Below the pieces are notes generated by a model. That model searched no databases. It worked only from the letters and a program-made list of their open reading frames with translations, and had not been told where the DNA came from. A program made the translations under genes and the position numbers. A DNA stretch of 64,000 bases from Candidatus Parcubacteria bacterium (GTDB taxonomy: Bacteria > Patescibacteriota > Minisyncoccia > Phycocordibacterales > CAIJYI01), in contig JAPLYL010000002.1 of NCBI GenBank assembly GCA_026395595.1, positions 122,111-186,110 of the forward strand, written 5' to 3'. This document shows, piece by piece, positions 35,316 through 45,880 of this stretch (positions are counted from its first letter, which is position 1; each line of letters opens with the position of its first letter).

Positions 35316-36839
35316 CTACCTCGCGTATTCTATCACCCTTGATTCTCTTATCACATTCACTTTGATTTCTCCCGGATATTTGAGCTCGTTTTCAATGCGA
35401 ACAGCAATCTCTCGGGCGAGTTTTTTGGACTCAAGATCAGTCACTGCTTCGGGGAAAACAAACACTCTTATCTCGCGCCCGGCTTGAAGAGCGTAGGCTT
35501 TTTCCACACCCCCAAATGACGTGGCAATTTTTTCCAGTTCTTCAAGACGCTTGATATAATTTTCAACAGAGTCGCGACGCGCACCTGGACGGCCTCCTGA
35601 AATAGCATCGGCAACCTGAACCAAAATAGATTCAACGGTTTCGTAAGGATACTCTTCGTGGTGCGCTTCCATCGCCTTGATGATCTTTTCATTCGCTCCG
35701 AACTTCTGAAGAATTCTTCTTCCGATGTCTACGTGCGTTCCTTGAATTTCATGGTCAACCGCTTTTCCGATGTCATGAAGAAGAGCGCCAGCTTTGGCGA
35801 TTTGAATATCTGCGCCGAGTTCTGTTGCGAGCATGCCGGCGATGTGCGCCATCTCAACCGAGTGACGCAAAACATTTTGTCCGTAGCTGGTTCGGAAATG
35901 GAGTCGTCCCAAAATGGAAACGATGCGCGGATCAAGATTGAAGACCCCGCACTCGTACACCGCTTTTTCTCCTTGATCTTTAATGATCTTGTTTATTTCA
36001 TTTTTCGCTTTTTCTACCATCTCCTCAATCTTTACCGGCTGGATGCGTCCGTCGGCAATGAGATTTTCAAGAGCGAGTTTGGCGATATTTCTTCGTACCG
36101 GATCAAAAGCGGAAATAGTGATGGAACCGGGAGTATCATCAACGATAAGTTCTACTCCGGCAGATCTTTCAAAAGCGCGGATGTTTCGTCCTTCTTTTCC
36201 GATTATTTTCCCTTTGATTTCATCGGAAGGAATAGTGACCGCGGTCGTCAACACATCTGAAGCGACGGAATTTCCCAAACGATGAATGGCTGTGGTAAGA
36301 ATTTCTCTCGCCTTTCTTTCCAGTTTTTCATTTCCGGTGTGTTCCAGTTTTTGCATGCGGACGAGAATATCTTCCTCATTTTGTTTCTCAACTTTTACCA
36401 TGAGTTCCTCCTTTGCTTCCTCTGGAGAAAGTTTGGCAATGCGGGAAAGATCTTTTTCCACTCCTTTTTTCAGGTCTTCGGATTCTTCCCGTATTCTTTT
36501 GATCTCTACGACTTTTTGTTTGAGAGATTCAACCTCACGATCAATATCCTGTTGGCGTCTATCCAACAGTTCTTCTTTTTTGATAAAGCGATCTTCCGTT
36601 TTTTGGAGGATCTCTTTTTTCTCTTTCTCTTCTTTTTTTATCTCTTCAACCTTACGGGCCGCTTCTTTTTCCGCTTGCGCTGTGATTTTCTGAGCCTCTT
36701 CCTTTGCGGAAAGAAGCATTTGTTTAATCTGGATCTCCATGGAACCCTTTTTCCCGAGGGAAACCAGAAGACGCAGATAGTACCCGAAAGCCACCCCCGC
36801 GAAGGTTATGACAATGAGCAATAAAATTTGTAATGACAT
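35316..36839 (-). CDS. rny: ribonuclease Y
   Basis: N-terminal TM, coiled coil, KH domain (GKIIGKEGRNIRAFE) and HD domain (LLHDIGKA). Confidence 0.9.
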   Translation of the reverse strand: MSLQILLLIVITFAGVAFGYYLRLLVSLGKKGSMEIQIKQMLLSAKEEAQKITAQAEKEAARKVEEIKKEEKEKKEILQKTEDRFIKKEELLDRRQQDIDREVESLKQKVVEIKRIREESEDLKKGVEKDLSRIAKLSPEEAKEELMVKVEKQNEEDILVRMQKLEHTGNEKLERKAREILTTAIHRLGNSVASDVLTTAVTIPSDEIKGKIIGKEGRNIRAFERSAGVELIVDDTPGSITISAFDPVRRNIAKLALENLIADGRIQPVKIEEMVEKAKNEINKIIKDQGEKAVYECGVFNLDPRIVSILGRLHFRTSYGQNVLRHSVEMAHIAGMLATELGADIQIAKAGALLHDIGKAVDHEIQGTHVDIGRRILQKFGANEKIIKAMEAHHEEYPYETVESILVQVADAISGGRPGARRDSVENYIKRLEELEKIATSFGGVEKAYALQAGREIRVFVFPEAVTDLESKKLAREIAVRIENELKYPGEIKVNVIRESRVIEYAR

Positions 36840-37106
36840 TTTGGGTGTTTCGCTGTACGCAAAAACCCCTACCAGTTAGGCGTTTCCCTAAAAAATATAG
36901 ATAAAGATAGATATTTTCGTGTTTGAGAGCGCATAATCAAGATAATTTGGGTTTTCTTTAAACGAAACCGGAACCATCATCCTTTGACAACGGTATTTAA
37001 CTCATAACGATACCCGTAATAATAGCAGAAGAGGGTCAAAAAGTCCACCGCCGATAGACGGAGAATAAAGCAACAAGAAAAAAGAAAAAAGGGAACGGCC
37101 GACTGC

Positions 37107-37222
37107 CGGGCTGGGGTTGTACCCCAGCCCGAAACGTTTGAATGACATAGTAAAGTTTGTTTAAAAAAAGAACCTCGTCTGGTCACACAAACGTTCCGGA
37201 ATGGGGTACAACCCCGTTCCGG
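37107..37222. repeat. two inverted copies of a GC-rich hairpin motif (GGGGTTGTACCCCA core) in the rny-clpP intergenic region
   Basis: GGGCTGGGGTTGTACCCCAGCCC at 37107-37129 and CCGGAATGGGGTACAACCCCGTTCCGG at 37196-37222, both followed by ...AACGTTTG. Confidence 0.45.
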
Positions 37223-37273
37223 CGGTACGTCGTCGTCCCCTTTTTCTTGTCGCTTTTTGCTTAATTCTTTTTC

Positions 37274-37855
37274 TTACGCTTTCGGTTTCATGACTGCGTC
37301 AACCAATCCATAGTCTTTTGCTTCTTCAGCACTCATATAATAGTCGCGGTCGGAGTCTTTGTTGAGTTGAATAGTCGTCTTTTTGGTGTTTTTGGCGAGG
37401 ATTCTATTCAAATTTTCTTTGGTTTTGAGAATGTGACGGGCGGTGATCTCAATATCAGAAGCTTGCCCTTCTGCTCCCCCCATAACCTGATGGATCATGA
37501 TTTCCGCATTCGGGAGAGCAAAACGCTTGCCTTTGGCACCAGAAGAAAGAAGTACGGCCCCCATGGAAGCGGCAATACCGACACAGATGGTTGCGACATC
37601 GGGTTTGATGTGTTCCATTGTGTCATAAATGGCGAGACCGGCGGTTACGGAACCTCCGGGGCTATTGATGTAGAGGGAAATATCTTTCTTCGGGTCTTCC
37701 GCTTCAAGGAAAAGAAGCTGAGCGATCACGATATTTGCGGTGTAATCATCAATCGGACCCGCGAGGAAGACGATACGCTCGCGAAGAAGCCGAGAGTAGA
37801 TATCATAAGCGCGTTCGCCGAATTGTGATTTTTCAATTACTGTAGGTATGAGCAT
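37274..37855 (-). CDS. clpP: ATP-dependent Clp protease proteolytic subunit
   Basis: [14 protein letters not shown], catalytic Ser (AASMGA) and His (MIHQ) motifs. Confidence 0.9.
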   Translation of the reverse strand: MLIPTVIEKSQFGERAYDIYSRLLRERIVFLAGPIDDYTANIVIAQLLFLEAEDPKKDISLYINSPGGSVTAGLAIYDTMEHIKPDVATICVGIAASMGAVLLSSGAKGKRFALPNAEIMIHQVMGGAEGQASDIEITARHILKTKENLNRILAKNTKKTTIQLNKDSDRDYYMSAEEAKDYGLVDAVMKPKA

Positions 37856-37872
37856 AGATTTATTTTTTTTTA

Positions 37873-37948
37873 TTCGTCATTCCCTTGAAAAAGGGAATCC
37901 ATGTTTGGTGATATAACTTTGGATCCCCGTATCCGCGAGGATGACGAA
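37873..37948. repeat. MITE core-only copy (two inverted hairpin units, no outer terminal inverted repeats)
   Basis: TTCGTCATTCCCTTGAAAAAGGGAATCCATG ... GGATCCCCGTATCCGCGAGGATGACGAA. Confidence 0.5.
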
Positions 37949-38053
37949 ATGTTATGAATAACAAAAATAGCATACCATAAGAAAGATTTGTTGACAATAG
38001 CTGTTAAAATAGGTATATTTATGGCAGATACGTTCCATTTGAAAGGAGGATAT

Positions 38054-38239
38054 ATGGTTATCTGGTACGCTTTGTTGGCGCTTGTCTCCGTTGGTTTTTT
38101 GATCGCGGCTTGCATTGTGGAAGCTGAACAAGGGTTTTATCGCGCGATTCCTTTAGGTCTTATCGGTTTCGCCGGAATTATTCATGCCTTCTATTTATAT
38201 AGCATGTATTTGCTTTCCGTTTACATGGCCATAAATTAA
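38054..38239 (+). CDS. small two-TM membrane protein
   Basis: ATG at 38054 preceded by AGGAGGA; 61 aa, hydrophobic. Confidence 0.4.
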   Translation: MVIWYALLALVSVGFLIAACIVEAEQGFYRAIPLGLIGFAGIIHAFYLYSMYLLSVYMAIN

Positions 38240-38249
38240 ATGGTTATGA

Positions 38250-38281
38250 CAACCCCGTCCTTTCAAAAGGGCGGGGTTTTT
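38250..38281 (+). terminator. rho-independent terminator
   Basis: AACCCCGTCC...GGGCGGGGTT followed by TTT. Confidence 0.6.
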
Positions 38282-38375
38282 GACAAAAAAAACGAGCAGT
38301 GGTAGTGTACCAACAGATTTGGTCGGTTTTTTGAAAGACCAATTTTGTTTAACTATCAAAAGAGGGCTTTGAAAT

Positions 38376-39593
38376 ATGGATAAAACTTCTGAAAGATCTC
38401 TTGAGCTCCACCAAGAACTCGGGGGAAAAATAGAAACAGGGTTGAAAAAAAAGATAAGAAATCCGAAAGATCTTTCTTTGTTATATACACCCGGGGTTGC
38501 TGCTGCCTGTACGGCTATTGGGAATGATAAAAAACTTTCCCGTGTCCTGACAATAAAAAAGAATACGGTTGCCATTGTTTCTGACGGTTCAGCCATTCTC
38601 GGTCTTGGAAATCTCGGACCGGAAGCGGCATTACCCGTTATGGAGGGGAAAGCGGTACTTTTCAAACAGCTCGGCGGAGTGGATGCTTTTCCTCTCTGTA
38701 TTGATGCCTATGAAACGGAAGATATTGTGAGGTTGGTAAAACAAATAGCGCCAACCTTCGGTGGTATTAACTTAGAAGACATTTCCGCTCCGCGATGCTT
38801 TGCTATAGAACAGCGTTTGAGAGAAGAACTGGATATCCCCGTGATGCACGATGATCAGTGGGGAACGGCGACCATTGTTCTTGCCTGTTTGATTAATGCG
38901 GTAAAATTGCGCGGACTTGATAGAGAAGAGGCGGAAGTGGTGGTGAACGGCGCCGGTGCGGCAGGTATTGCGGTTACAAAACTGCTTCTGGCGTATGGTT
39001 TTAAGAATATCGTTATTGTTGATACGAAGGGCGCCATATATCAAGGACGAAAAGATTTACTCCTCTTGTGCGAAAACAATCGAGAAAAATATCTTATCGC
39101 CAGTAGAACTAATCGATTCTATGAATGTGGGGATTTATCTGAGGTAATCGGCGATACGGATATTTTTATCGGCGTTTCCGGCCCGAACATCCTTACTGAG
39201 GATATGGTTCTTCATATGAATAAAGATCCGATTATTTTTGCGTTAGCTAATCCTATCCCCGAAATCATGCCTGATGTAGCCCATAAAGCTAGGGCGTTTA
39301 TTGTTGCAACGGGAAGTTCTGAATTTCCGAACCAATGCAATAATTGCTTGGTGTTTCCGGGAGTCTTTCGTGGAGCGCTGGATTATGGGGTGAAAAAAAT
39401 CACGGAAGAAATGCTTATTTGTGTTGCGAAAGCCATTGCCGGGATGGTAAAACATCCGAAGAAAGAAAACATCCTTCCTCATGCTTTAGACCGAAGAGTT
39501 CCCGTTATTATAGCACAGGCCATCGGTGAATACTTCAAGAAATCGGAATCATCTTTTTGTCCCCCCGTTATCGGTTGGGAATGCGTCTCTTAA
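38376..39593 (+). CDS. NAD(P)-dependent malic enzyme (short form)
   Basis: YTPGVAAAC, GLGNLG and GAGAAG Rossmann motifs; 405 aa. Confidence 0.85.
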   Translation: MDKTSERSLELHQELGGKIETGLKKKIRNPKDLSLLYTPGVAAACTAIGNDKKLSRVLTIKKNTVAIVSDGSAILGLGNLGPEAALPVMEGKAVLFKQLGGVDAFPLCIDAYETEDIVRLVKQIAPTFGGINLEDISAPRCFAIEQRLREELDIPVMHDDQWGTATIVLACLINAVKLRGLDREEAEVVVNGAGAAGIAVTKLLLAYGFKNIVIVDTKGAIYQGRKDLLLLCENNREKYLIASRTNRFYECGDLSEVIGDTDIFIGVSGPNILTEDMVLHMNKDPIIFALANPIPEIMPDVAHKARAFIVATGSSEFPNQCNNCLVFPGVFRGALDYGVKKITEEMLICVAKAIAGMVKHPKKENILPHALDRRVPVIIAQAIGEYFKKSESSFCPPVIGWECVS

Positions 39594-39619
39594 TATTTTT
39601 TAAGTAAGGAGAAAAACCA

Positions 39620-39760
39620 TGCCATTTGGCCCCTTAATTGTTCGTTTATTGATTGCTCTCGGAGCGATGTTCTACGGCTTTCATAAAGTCGGCCCGCCAA
39701 CTTCTTCAAACTCAAATACAACGAAGAAAAAATGGCTCCAAAAAAGCAATAAGCAATAAG
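39620..39760 (+). CDS. possible small hydrophobic peptide (46 aa)
   Basis: ATG ORF reading MPFGPLIVRLLIALGAMFYGF..., shorter than the ORF-track threshold and followed by a strong terminator; speculative. Confidence 0.25.
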
Positions 39761-39774
39761 AAAAAAGTATACAA

Positions 39775-39804
39775 AAACCCGAACGCTATGCGTTCGGGTT
39801 TTTC
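39775..39804. terminator. rho-independent terminator flanked by inverted heptamer repeats
   Basis: CCCGAACGC-TAT-GCGTTCGGG followed by TTTT; GCAATAAGCAATAAG lies upstream and CTTATTGCTTATTGCTTATTGC downstream. Confidence 0.7.
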
Positions 39805-39811
39805 TTTATTC

Positions 39812-40879
39812 TTATTGCTTATTGCTTATTGCTTTTTCCTTTTCCGGTGTTTCCAGAAATTCCAAAACTTTCTCGTTGGTCATAACCATTTCTACATACG
39901 ATCTCGTCCTGTCTTGATCGGCATCCGCGTAGTGTTCCATGATATGTTCCACTTCCTTGGTAACGAGGTCTTTTTCGGGGGAGAGTTTTTCTGTTTCTGC
40001 TATTTTATCAATGATGAGCTGGGTTTTTGCACGAGCTTCTGCGTCTTTCTCCCATTCTTTTCGCATATCTTCCTCTGTCTTTTTCAAGTGCTTCAGGTAA
40101 TCTTCAAATTTGATTCCCATTTGTGAAACATCGTGTTTGAACTGCGCGATCATTCTGTTTTGTTCGCTTTGAATGAGGACATCGGGAAGTTCAGCTTTGG
40201 TTTCTTCACTGATTGCTTTGATGATTTCCATTCTTCTTTTTTCTTTTGCTTGCTGTTCCTTTTCTTTCGTCATATTATCTCTCAGAAGTTTTTTGAGATC
40301 GTCAACGGTTTTGAAATCACCGAGGGATTTCAAAAATTCTTCGTGCATTGGAGGCAGATCTGCGTCTTTGACTTCCTGTACCTCCGCATTTTCTCCTTCC
40401 ACTCTTTCTACTTTTGGAGCGCGCTGTTTTCTGATGTTTAAAATAACTTTTTCAACCTCTTCTTCTGATACTACCGTTTCAATGCTTTCTTTTGTAAACT
40501 TTCCGGCGAGTTTTTTGTAGTCAGGAAGTTCAATTTCCGGAAGAACCGCAACAACGATTTTGAACTCAAAAGGGTTTCCTTTGGCGAGTTTGGTAATACT
40601 GATGGTCGGATGCCCGATAGCGTCAATTTTATTGACCATGATAATCTCTGGGAATTTTGATTCAATGGCTATTTCCGCCATTTCTTCCAAAATGGTCATT
40701 TCTCCCGCTGAACTCTCTATAACTTTTCCGGGAACATGACCTTTTCTGAATCCCGGTAAATCGGCGTGTTCACCTAAATGGGAAAGAGCCTTACCTCTGA
40801 AAGATTCAAATTCTTCGGCGTCTATGGTGCCCATGATTTCAACCAGGGACTTCGGTAATTTTTTAATTTCAGTTTTCAT
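39812..40879 (-). CDS. tig: trigger factor
   Basis: N-terminal ribosome-binding motif GFRKGHVPGKV, then PPIase-like and C-terminal domains; the likely start is MKTEIKK. Confidence 0.8.
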   Translation of the reverse strand: MKTEIKKLPKSLVEIMGTIDAEEFESFRGKALSHLGEHADLPGFRKGHVPGKVIESSAGEMTILEEMAEIAIESKFPEIIMVNKIDAIGHPTISITKLAKGNPFEFKIVVAVLPEIELPDYKKLAGKFTKESIETVVSEEEVEKVILNIRKQRAPKVERVEGENAEVQEVKDADLPPMHEEFLKSLGDFKTVDDLKKLLRDNMTKEKEQQAKEKRRMEIIKAISEETKAELPDVLIQSEQNRMIAQFKHDVSQMGIKFEDYLKHLKKTEEDMRKEWEKDAEARAKTQLIIDKIAETEKLSPEKDLVTKEVEHIMEHYADADQDRTRSYVEMVMTNEKVLEFLETPEKEKAISNKQ

Positions 40880-41010
40880 GCCCATAAGCATAGAGGTTTT
40901 TGAAGGAAATGTCAAAAAAAATGACGTGTTTCCATCTTTCTTCCGAGCTTGGGACGACGTTCGGGAAGCGATAATAGAAAAACGGCTCGCGTGAACGCGA
41001 GCCGTTGTAT

Positions 41011-41655
41011 TTATTCAGGAATGTCTTGCGATAATTCCAAAATTCCGGTGTTATCGAAATAAGGGGTCCTGAGCCCTTGTTCCCAACTCCAACCATAGTA
41101 CGCTGCGCGAATCATTTTTCCGATATCGCCGTGGGTAACCATAAGCACGTTTTCGTGCGGGTGACGTGTCTGAATTTCTTTCAATACGATTTTTGCTCGC
41201 GCTAATGTCGCAGGAAAATCCTCGGAGCCTTCCGCATCCAAAAAATAGTCCACTTTTTCGGTCTTTAAAATTTTTGTTGCATATTTTGGAACATCTGAGA
41301 TCGGTTTTCCTGTGAGGATCCCAAAATCTCTCTCAATAAGACCTTGATGGTAATTTACACCGGCAATATGTAAATGTCCGGCGATAATCCAAGCTGTTTG
41401 GTGTGTTCTCGGTAATGGGGAACAGTAAATTACTTTTATTTCACACCCTTCAAGCTTTTTAGCCACTTTCTTCGCTTGTTCTCTTCCAAGTTCTGTTAGT
41501 GATGTGTCGCGATGGCCGTTTAAAATCCCCGCAACGTTGTCGGTATCTTGTCCGTGGCGGACAAGAAAAATTTTACCCGGCGACTGCTTAAAAAGTTTTT
41601 CGAACCACGTTTTGATGACAAATAACCGTTGATTCATATTTTTCCCTCGAGTCAT
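41011..41655 (-). CDS. histidine phosphatase family protein (phosphoglycerate-mutase-like)
   Basis: IFLVRHGQDTDN catalytic RHG motif and the C-terminal HGD block. Confidence 0.7.
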   Translation of the reverse strand: MTRGKNMNQRLFVIKTWFEKLFKQSPGKIFLVRHGQDTDNVAGILNGHRDTSLTELGREQAKKVAKKLEGCEIKVIYCSPLPRTHQTAWIIAGHLHIAGVNYHQGLIERDFGILTGKPISDVPKYATKILKTEKVDYFLDAEGSEDFPATLARAKIVLKEIQTRHPHENVLMVTHGDIGKMIRAAYYGWSWEQGLRTPYFDNTGILELSQDIPE

Positions 41656-41760
41656 TTTTTCCTATATCAGTATATCATAAATTAAAACCTTTGTCAAAAA
41701 AACCTCGGCTACATTCAACCAGTTACTGCAACACTCACACCAGGACATCAAAAAAGGACG

Positions 41761-42008
41761 TTAAAAGATTTACCGAAAGTAAAAATAGGAATAAGTCGGC
41801 AAATAGCGATTCCTAAGAAATTTTATGATGCCATGAAGTTGGAACCCGGGGATTATATGGAAATAGAGTTTTGCGGTGATAAGCTTACCTTGACGCCAAA
41901 AATGTTTATCGAAAAGCGAATCGCGGAGGGTTTGAAAGATAAAAAAGAGGGAAGAATAACCGGACCATTCAGAAATGCGAAGGAGGCGCTTAAGGCACTT
42001 GATTTGTA
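41761..42008 (+). CDS. AbrB/MazE/SpoVT-like swapped-hairpin domain ORF without a canonical start codon
   Basis: Translation reads LKDLPKVKIGISRQIAIPKKFYDAMKLEPGDYMEIEFCGDKLTLTPK...; there is no in-frame ATG/GTG/TTG before the domain, and the first ATG would remove the N-terminal strand. Confidence 0.3.
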
Positions 42009-42043
42009 ACTGCAAACAAAAACATCTCAATGTTGGGATGGTT

Positions 42044-42172
42044 TTTTTATATCTTGAATCCGAGGACTCCATTTCTCTATTCAAAAACCCTATTCGTCAT
42101 CCCGTGTCGCGACACGGGATCCATGTAATGAGTGCTAACGACGTGGATACCGGGTCAAGCCCGGTATGACGA
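42044..42172. repeat. degenerate MITE copy (partial left terminal repeat plus two core hairpin units)
   Basis: CTTGAATCCGAGG...; TCGTCATCCCGTGTCGCGACACGGGATCCATG and CGACGTGGATACCGGGTCAAGCCCGGTATGACGA. Confidence 0.5.
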
Positions 42173-42248
42173 ACCTTACGCGATCCGGCGCCTCGCGAAG
42201 AGATTGCTTAAATCGTTCCGAAAAAGCGGACTGGATCATGTAATCGCT

Positions 42249-42596
42249 TTATATCGACTGCAATTCTTTATCTATTGAATTGAGATCTGTGGCATTGAGG
42301 TCTGCCTCAATGGAAGTGACTTCATCAGAGGAACTTTGGCTGTTCAGTGTGTCAATCATGGTATCTGGCTCGGTCGCTGATTGTTCTAAAGCAATAGTGT
42401 TGTCATCCGGCAACAGTTGTTCGTCCTTTGGGGCGGTTATTTGCGGTTGAATTCTCGTACTCCAGACGTATACGCCTCCGACGAGAAGAAGGAGTACAAT
42501 GATTATTGCGCCAATAAGAGCTCCCATCGGTTTGCTTTCTTTTGGCTGAATCACCGGGGATCCTTGCGGGGCTGGTGTGATATTTTCGTTTTCCAT
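42249..42596 (-). CDS. hypothetical membrane-anchored acidic protein
   Basis: 115 aa with one TM (ALIGAIIIVLLLLVGGVYVW) and an acidic S/T-rich tail. Confidence 0.4.
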   Translation of the reverse strand: MENENITPAPQGSPVIQPKESKPMGALIGAIIIVLLLLVGGVYVWSTRIQPQITAPKDEQLLPDDNTIALEQSATEPDTMIDTLNSQSSSDEVTSIEADLNATDLNSIDKELQSI

Positions 42597-42629
42597 AGTA
42601 TGTTAAAGATGTAAAAAATAATAAAGGAA

Positions 42630-43403
42630 CTAATTTGTCGATGTCGCGCTTGTTGGAGTCTTCTCTGTTTTTTTAACGCCTTCCTTTCCCTTTAAATCCG
42701 TGATGGTTTGAACGAGAGCTTGGTGGGCAGCTTTTAAGGAATCATTCACGACACGAACTTGTTCTTTTATCTTTGGAAGAGTTTGACTCACTATGTTTTT
42801 TGCCTCATTTGCATCAGTCGCTGCGGCTGCTTGCGTTCCAATATCGGCAATGGCGGTTTTTGCGGTTTCAAGACTGGTTTTTGCTTCCGCGATTTTTTGT
42901 TTTGCCGTTATCAGAGAAGCATCAGCTGTTGCGGTATCTATTTTATTCGCCTTCATTTTGACAATACGGGCATTTATGCGTTCGGCAAGTTTTTCAAGCC
43001 GTGTAACCGCTTCTTCAAGGCGTTTTATCGTTTTTTCGCCCCATTGTTTCATTAGCACTATCTTTCTGTTTTCAACCGTATTTCTGAGTTCGTCTCTTTT
43101 ATTTTGTATCTCCTGTCGAGCGGTTTGCATTTGCTGTTTGATTTCACCCTTGGTTGAAGAGGCAGTCTCTCTTATGCTCTCTATTTTTGCTTTTAATTCG
43201 CCTTTTGCCACGGAAGTTGATTCCTGAACTTTGTTTCTGATGGTTTTGATCTCCGATTGCGCCGCTTCTCTTATTTGTTTTGGCTTCGCCGTTGTTACGG
43301 TGTTCGGAGCGGCCGGTTCTGTTACGGTTGTTTGCGCAAAAGTCATCTGTGTTCCTATGACGGCAACCAGAGCTAGAGCCGCAAGTTTTGATATATTTTT
43401 CAT
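42630..43403 (-). CDS. secreted coiled-coil protein
   Basis: Signal peptide MKNISKLAALALVAVIGTQMTFA, then heptad-rich sequence; the likely start is MKNISK. Confidence 0.5.
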   Translation of the reverse strand: MKNISKLAALALVAVIGTQMTFAQTTVTEPAAPNTVTTAKPKQIREAAQSEIKTIRNKVQESTSVAKGELKAKIESIRETASSTKGEIKQQMQTARQEIQNKRDELRNTVENRKIVLMKQWGEKTIKRLEEAVTRLEKLAERINARIVKMKANKIDTATADASLITAKQKIAEAKTSLETAKTAIADIGTQAAAATDANEAKNIVSQTLPKIKEQVRVVNDSLKAAHQALVQTITDLKGKEGVKKTEKTPTSATSTN

Positions 43404-43504
43404 TTTTTTTGAAAAAAATTTTCTAATAATCTTATGTATAGTATATACCAAAACTCCCCATCGCGTGCGACGGGGAGTTGTTGATAACTGTGTTTTTTTC
43501 GGGA

Positions 43505-45505
43505 TTATAAGAATTTAACGAGAAGCAAAGCAACAATGTTGATGATTTTTATCATCGGATTGATAGCAGGCCCGGCGGTATCTTTGTAAGGATCCCCGAC
43601 GGTATCTCCCGTAACGGCGGCCTTGTGCGCTTCAGAACCTTTGCCACCGAAGTTTCCCTCTTCAATGTATTTCTTGGAGTTATCCCAAGCGGCACCTCCT
43701 GTCGTCATGGAAATTCCGACGAAGAGTCCGGTAATGATAGCTCCGACGAGTAATCCGGCGAGAGAGGCAGCTCCGAGGAAATATCCGACGAGAATAGGAA
43801 CGATCACGGGAATCAACGCGGGCACGATCATTTCTTTGATGGCCGCTTTGGTAACGATGTCAACGCATTTTGAGTATTCCGGTTTTGCGGTTCCCTGCAT
43901 AATGCCTTTGATTTCGTGGAATTGTCGGCGAACTTCTTCAACGACGGCTTTCGCAGCGTTTCCGACGGCTGACATGGCGATGCTTGCGAAGAGATAAGGC
44001 AAAAGTCCTCCGATTAAAAGACCGACGAGCACTTTCGGGTCTGAAAGATCAAAAACTGATGAAATACCCCTTTCTCTCAAGGCTTCGGTGTAGGCGGCGA
44101 ACAAAACCATGGCGGCAAGTCCGGCGGAAGCGATAGCGTATCCTTTTGTAACGGCTTTGGTGGTGTTTCCAACCGCATCAAGCGCGTCAGTAACATGACG
44201 GACGGATTTGTCCAAACCTGACATTTCTGCGATTCCTCCGGCATTGTCGGTGATTGGGCCGAAAGCGTCAATGGCGACGACGATACCTGTAAGGGAGAGC
44301 ATGCTCATGACGGCGAGAGCAATACCGTAGAGACCGGCGAGGTTGAAAGCAACCAATATAGCGACGACGATAACGAGAATCGGCATAGCGGTTGACTGCA
44401 TTCCTACCGCTAAACCTTTAATGATATTGGTTCCGTGTCCGGTAGTGCTGGCTTCAGCAATGCTTTTGACTGGAGAGTAATTGCTGGCGGTATAGTATTC
44501 AGTGATTAAAACGACGGCTCCCGTAACGACGAGTCCGATAAGGGAAGCGAAGTACAGATTCATAACGGAGTAAATTCCGTTGCCGGTCATAAGGATAGTG
44601 GTAACCGGATAGAAAGCGGCTGCGGACAAAACACCGGTAACGATCAAACTTTTGTAAAGCGCGCCCATGATGTTCTGAGATTTTCCGAGTTTTGCGAACC
44701 ACGTACCGATGATGGTGGTAAAAATAGAAACGGCTCCAATCGCGAGAGGATAGACGATAGCATTTCCGAAATTCGCGAAGACCGCTCCGCCGAGCAAAAT
44801 GATGGCGATAGCTGAGACGGCATACGTTTCAAAGAGGTCAGCAGCCATTCCGGCACAATCTCCGACATTATCCCCGACATTATCGGCAATAACTCCAGGA
44901 TTACGAGGATCATCTTCCGGAATTCCGGCTTCAATTTTTCCGACCATGTCGGTGCCGACGTCTGCTCCTTTGGTGAAAATACCTCCTCCGAGACGGGCAA
45001 AAACGGAAATGAGAGAAGCGCCGAAACCGAGACCGATAAGAGCATTAACATCTTTAGTGACGAAATAGAAACCGGCAACAGAGAGAAGTCCGAGACCGAC
45101 GACAAAAAGTCCGGTAACCGTACCTCCTTCAAAAGCGAGGGTTAAAGCGGGTCCCATACCCTTTTTTGCCGCTTCTGCGGTGCGAACATTCGCGCGAACG
45201 GAAACATTCATGCCGATAAAACCGGCAAGAGCGGAAAATACTGCGCCGACAATGAAGGCGAAGACCGTATTATTGGAAAATCCGGTGGCAACCATGATGG
45301 CGACCACCACAAGGGCGACCATTCCGACGGTCTGGTACTGGCGGGAAAGGTAAGCCGAGGCTCCTTCCTGAATAGCCGAAGCGATTTCCTGCATTTTGGA
45401 ATTTCCTGCAGGTTGCTTCATAATCTTGTAAATAAGGAACGCTCCGTAAACGAGAGCGACAACACCCGAAATAAGGGCATATATCAAAATTTGATTCTCC
45501 GACAT
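43505..45505 (-). CDS. hppA: membrane-bound H+/Na+-translocating pyrophosphatase
   Basis: GDNVGDCAG, the DxxGNTTKA-like block ([20 protein letters not shown]) and 14-16 predicted TM segments; 666 aa. Confidence 0.9.
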   Translation of the reverse strand: MSENQILIYALISGVVALVYGAFLIYKIMKQPAGNSKMQEIASAIQEGASAYLSRQYQTVGMVALVVVAIMVATGFSNNTVFAFIVGAVFSALAGFIGMNVSVRANVRTAEAAKKGMGPALTLAFEGGTVTGLFVVGLGLLSVAGFYFVTKDVNALIGLGFGASLISVFARLGGGIFTKGADVGTDMVGKIEAGIPEDDPRNPGVIADNVGDNVGDCAGMAADLFETYAVSAIAIILLGGAVFANFGNAIVYPLAIGAVSIFTTIIGTWFAKLGKSQNIMGALYKSLIVTGVLSAAAFYPVTTILMTGNGIYSVMNLYFASLIGLVVTGAVVLITEYYTASNYSPVKSIAEASTTGHGTNIIKGLAVGMQSTAMPILVIVVAILVAFNLAGLYGIALAVMSMLSLTGIVVAIDAFGPITDNAGGIAEMSGLDKSVRHVTDALDAVGNTTKAVTKGYAIASAGLAAMVLFAAYTEALRERGISSVFDLSDPKVLVGLLIGGLLPYLFASIAMSAVGNAAKAVVEEVRRQFHEIKGIMQGTAKPEYSKCVDIVTKAAIKEMIVPALIPVIVPILVGYFLGAASLAGLLVGAIITGLFVGISMTTGGAAWDNSKKYIEEGNFGGKGSEAHKAAVTGDTVGDPYKDTAGPAINPMIKIINIVALLLVKFL

Positions 45506-45720
45506 ACGTTAAATTAAATTTACTATTAGTAATTGAATAATTTTCAAACTATACTATGTTTCAGCGAAAAAAACAAGGAAGAACGCGGTATCTCATCACG
45601 CACTTGTCGCCCGACGGGGTCAGAGACCCGGTCCGGCGTAGGAGATATAAAACGTGCAAACATCCGAGTTTTTGATATTATGATTTTATGCTCTGCTTAT
45701 AAAAGAGGATGGTTAAAGAA

Positions 45721-45860
45721 CTTGAATCCGAAAACCCACTATCGTCATACCGGACTTGATCCGGTATCCACGTCGTTAATGCGCATTACATGGATCCCGT
45801 GTCTCGGCACGGGACGACGAACGGGTTTTTACGCAAAAAAATGGGGTTTTTGGATTCAGG
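45721..45860. mobile_element. MITE/REPIN-like element, copy 3
   Basis: CTTGAATCCGAAAACCCAC ... CGTCATACCGGACTTGATCCGGTATCCACG ... ATCCCGTGTCTCGGCACGGGACGACGA ... GGGGTTTTTGGATTCAGG; the ORF track's 45533..45871 ORF is spurious. Confidence 0.6.
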
Positions 45861-45880
45861 TTAAAGAATAATATACATAT

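Noticed and set aside
39653-40126. 157-aa plus-strand ORF
   Set aside because: It is antisense to trigger factor and spans a strong terminator. Only the short 39620..39760 frame upstream of the terminator is a plausible small protein.
41770-42084. 104-aa minus-strand ORF
   Set aside because: The translation looks random, and it overlaps the better-supported plus-strand AbrB-like frame and the degenerate MITE copy.
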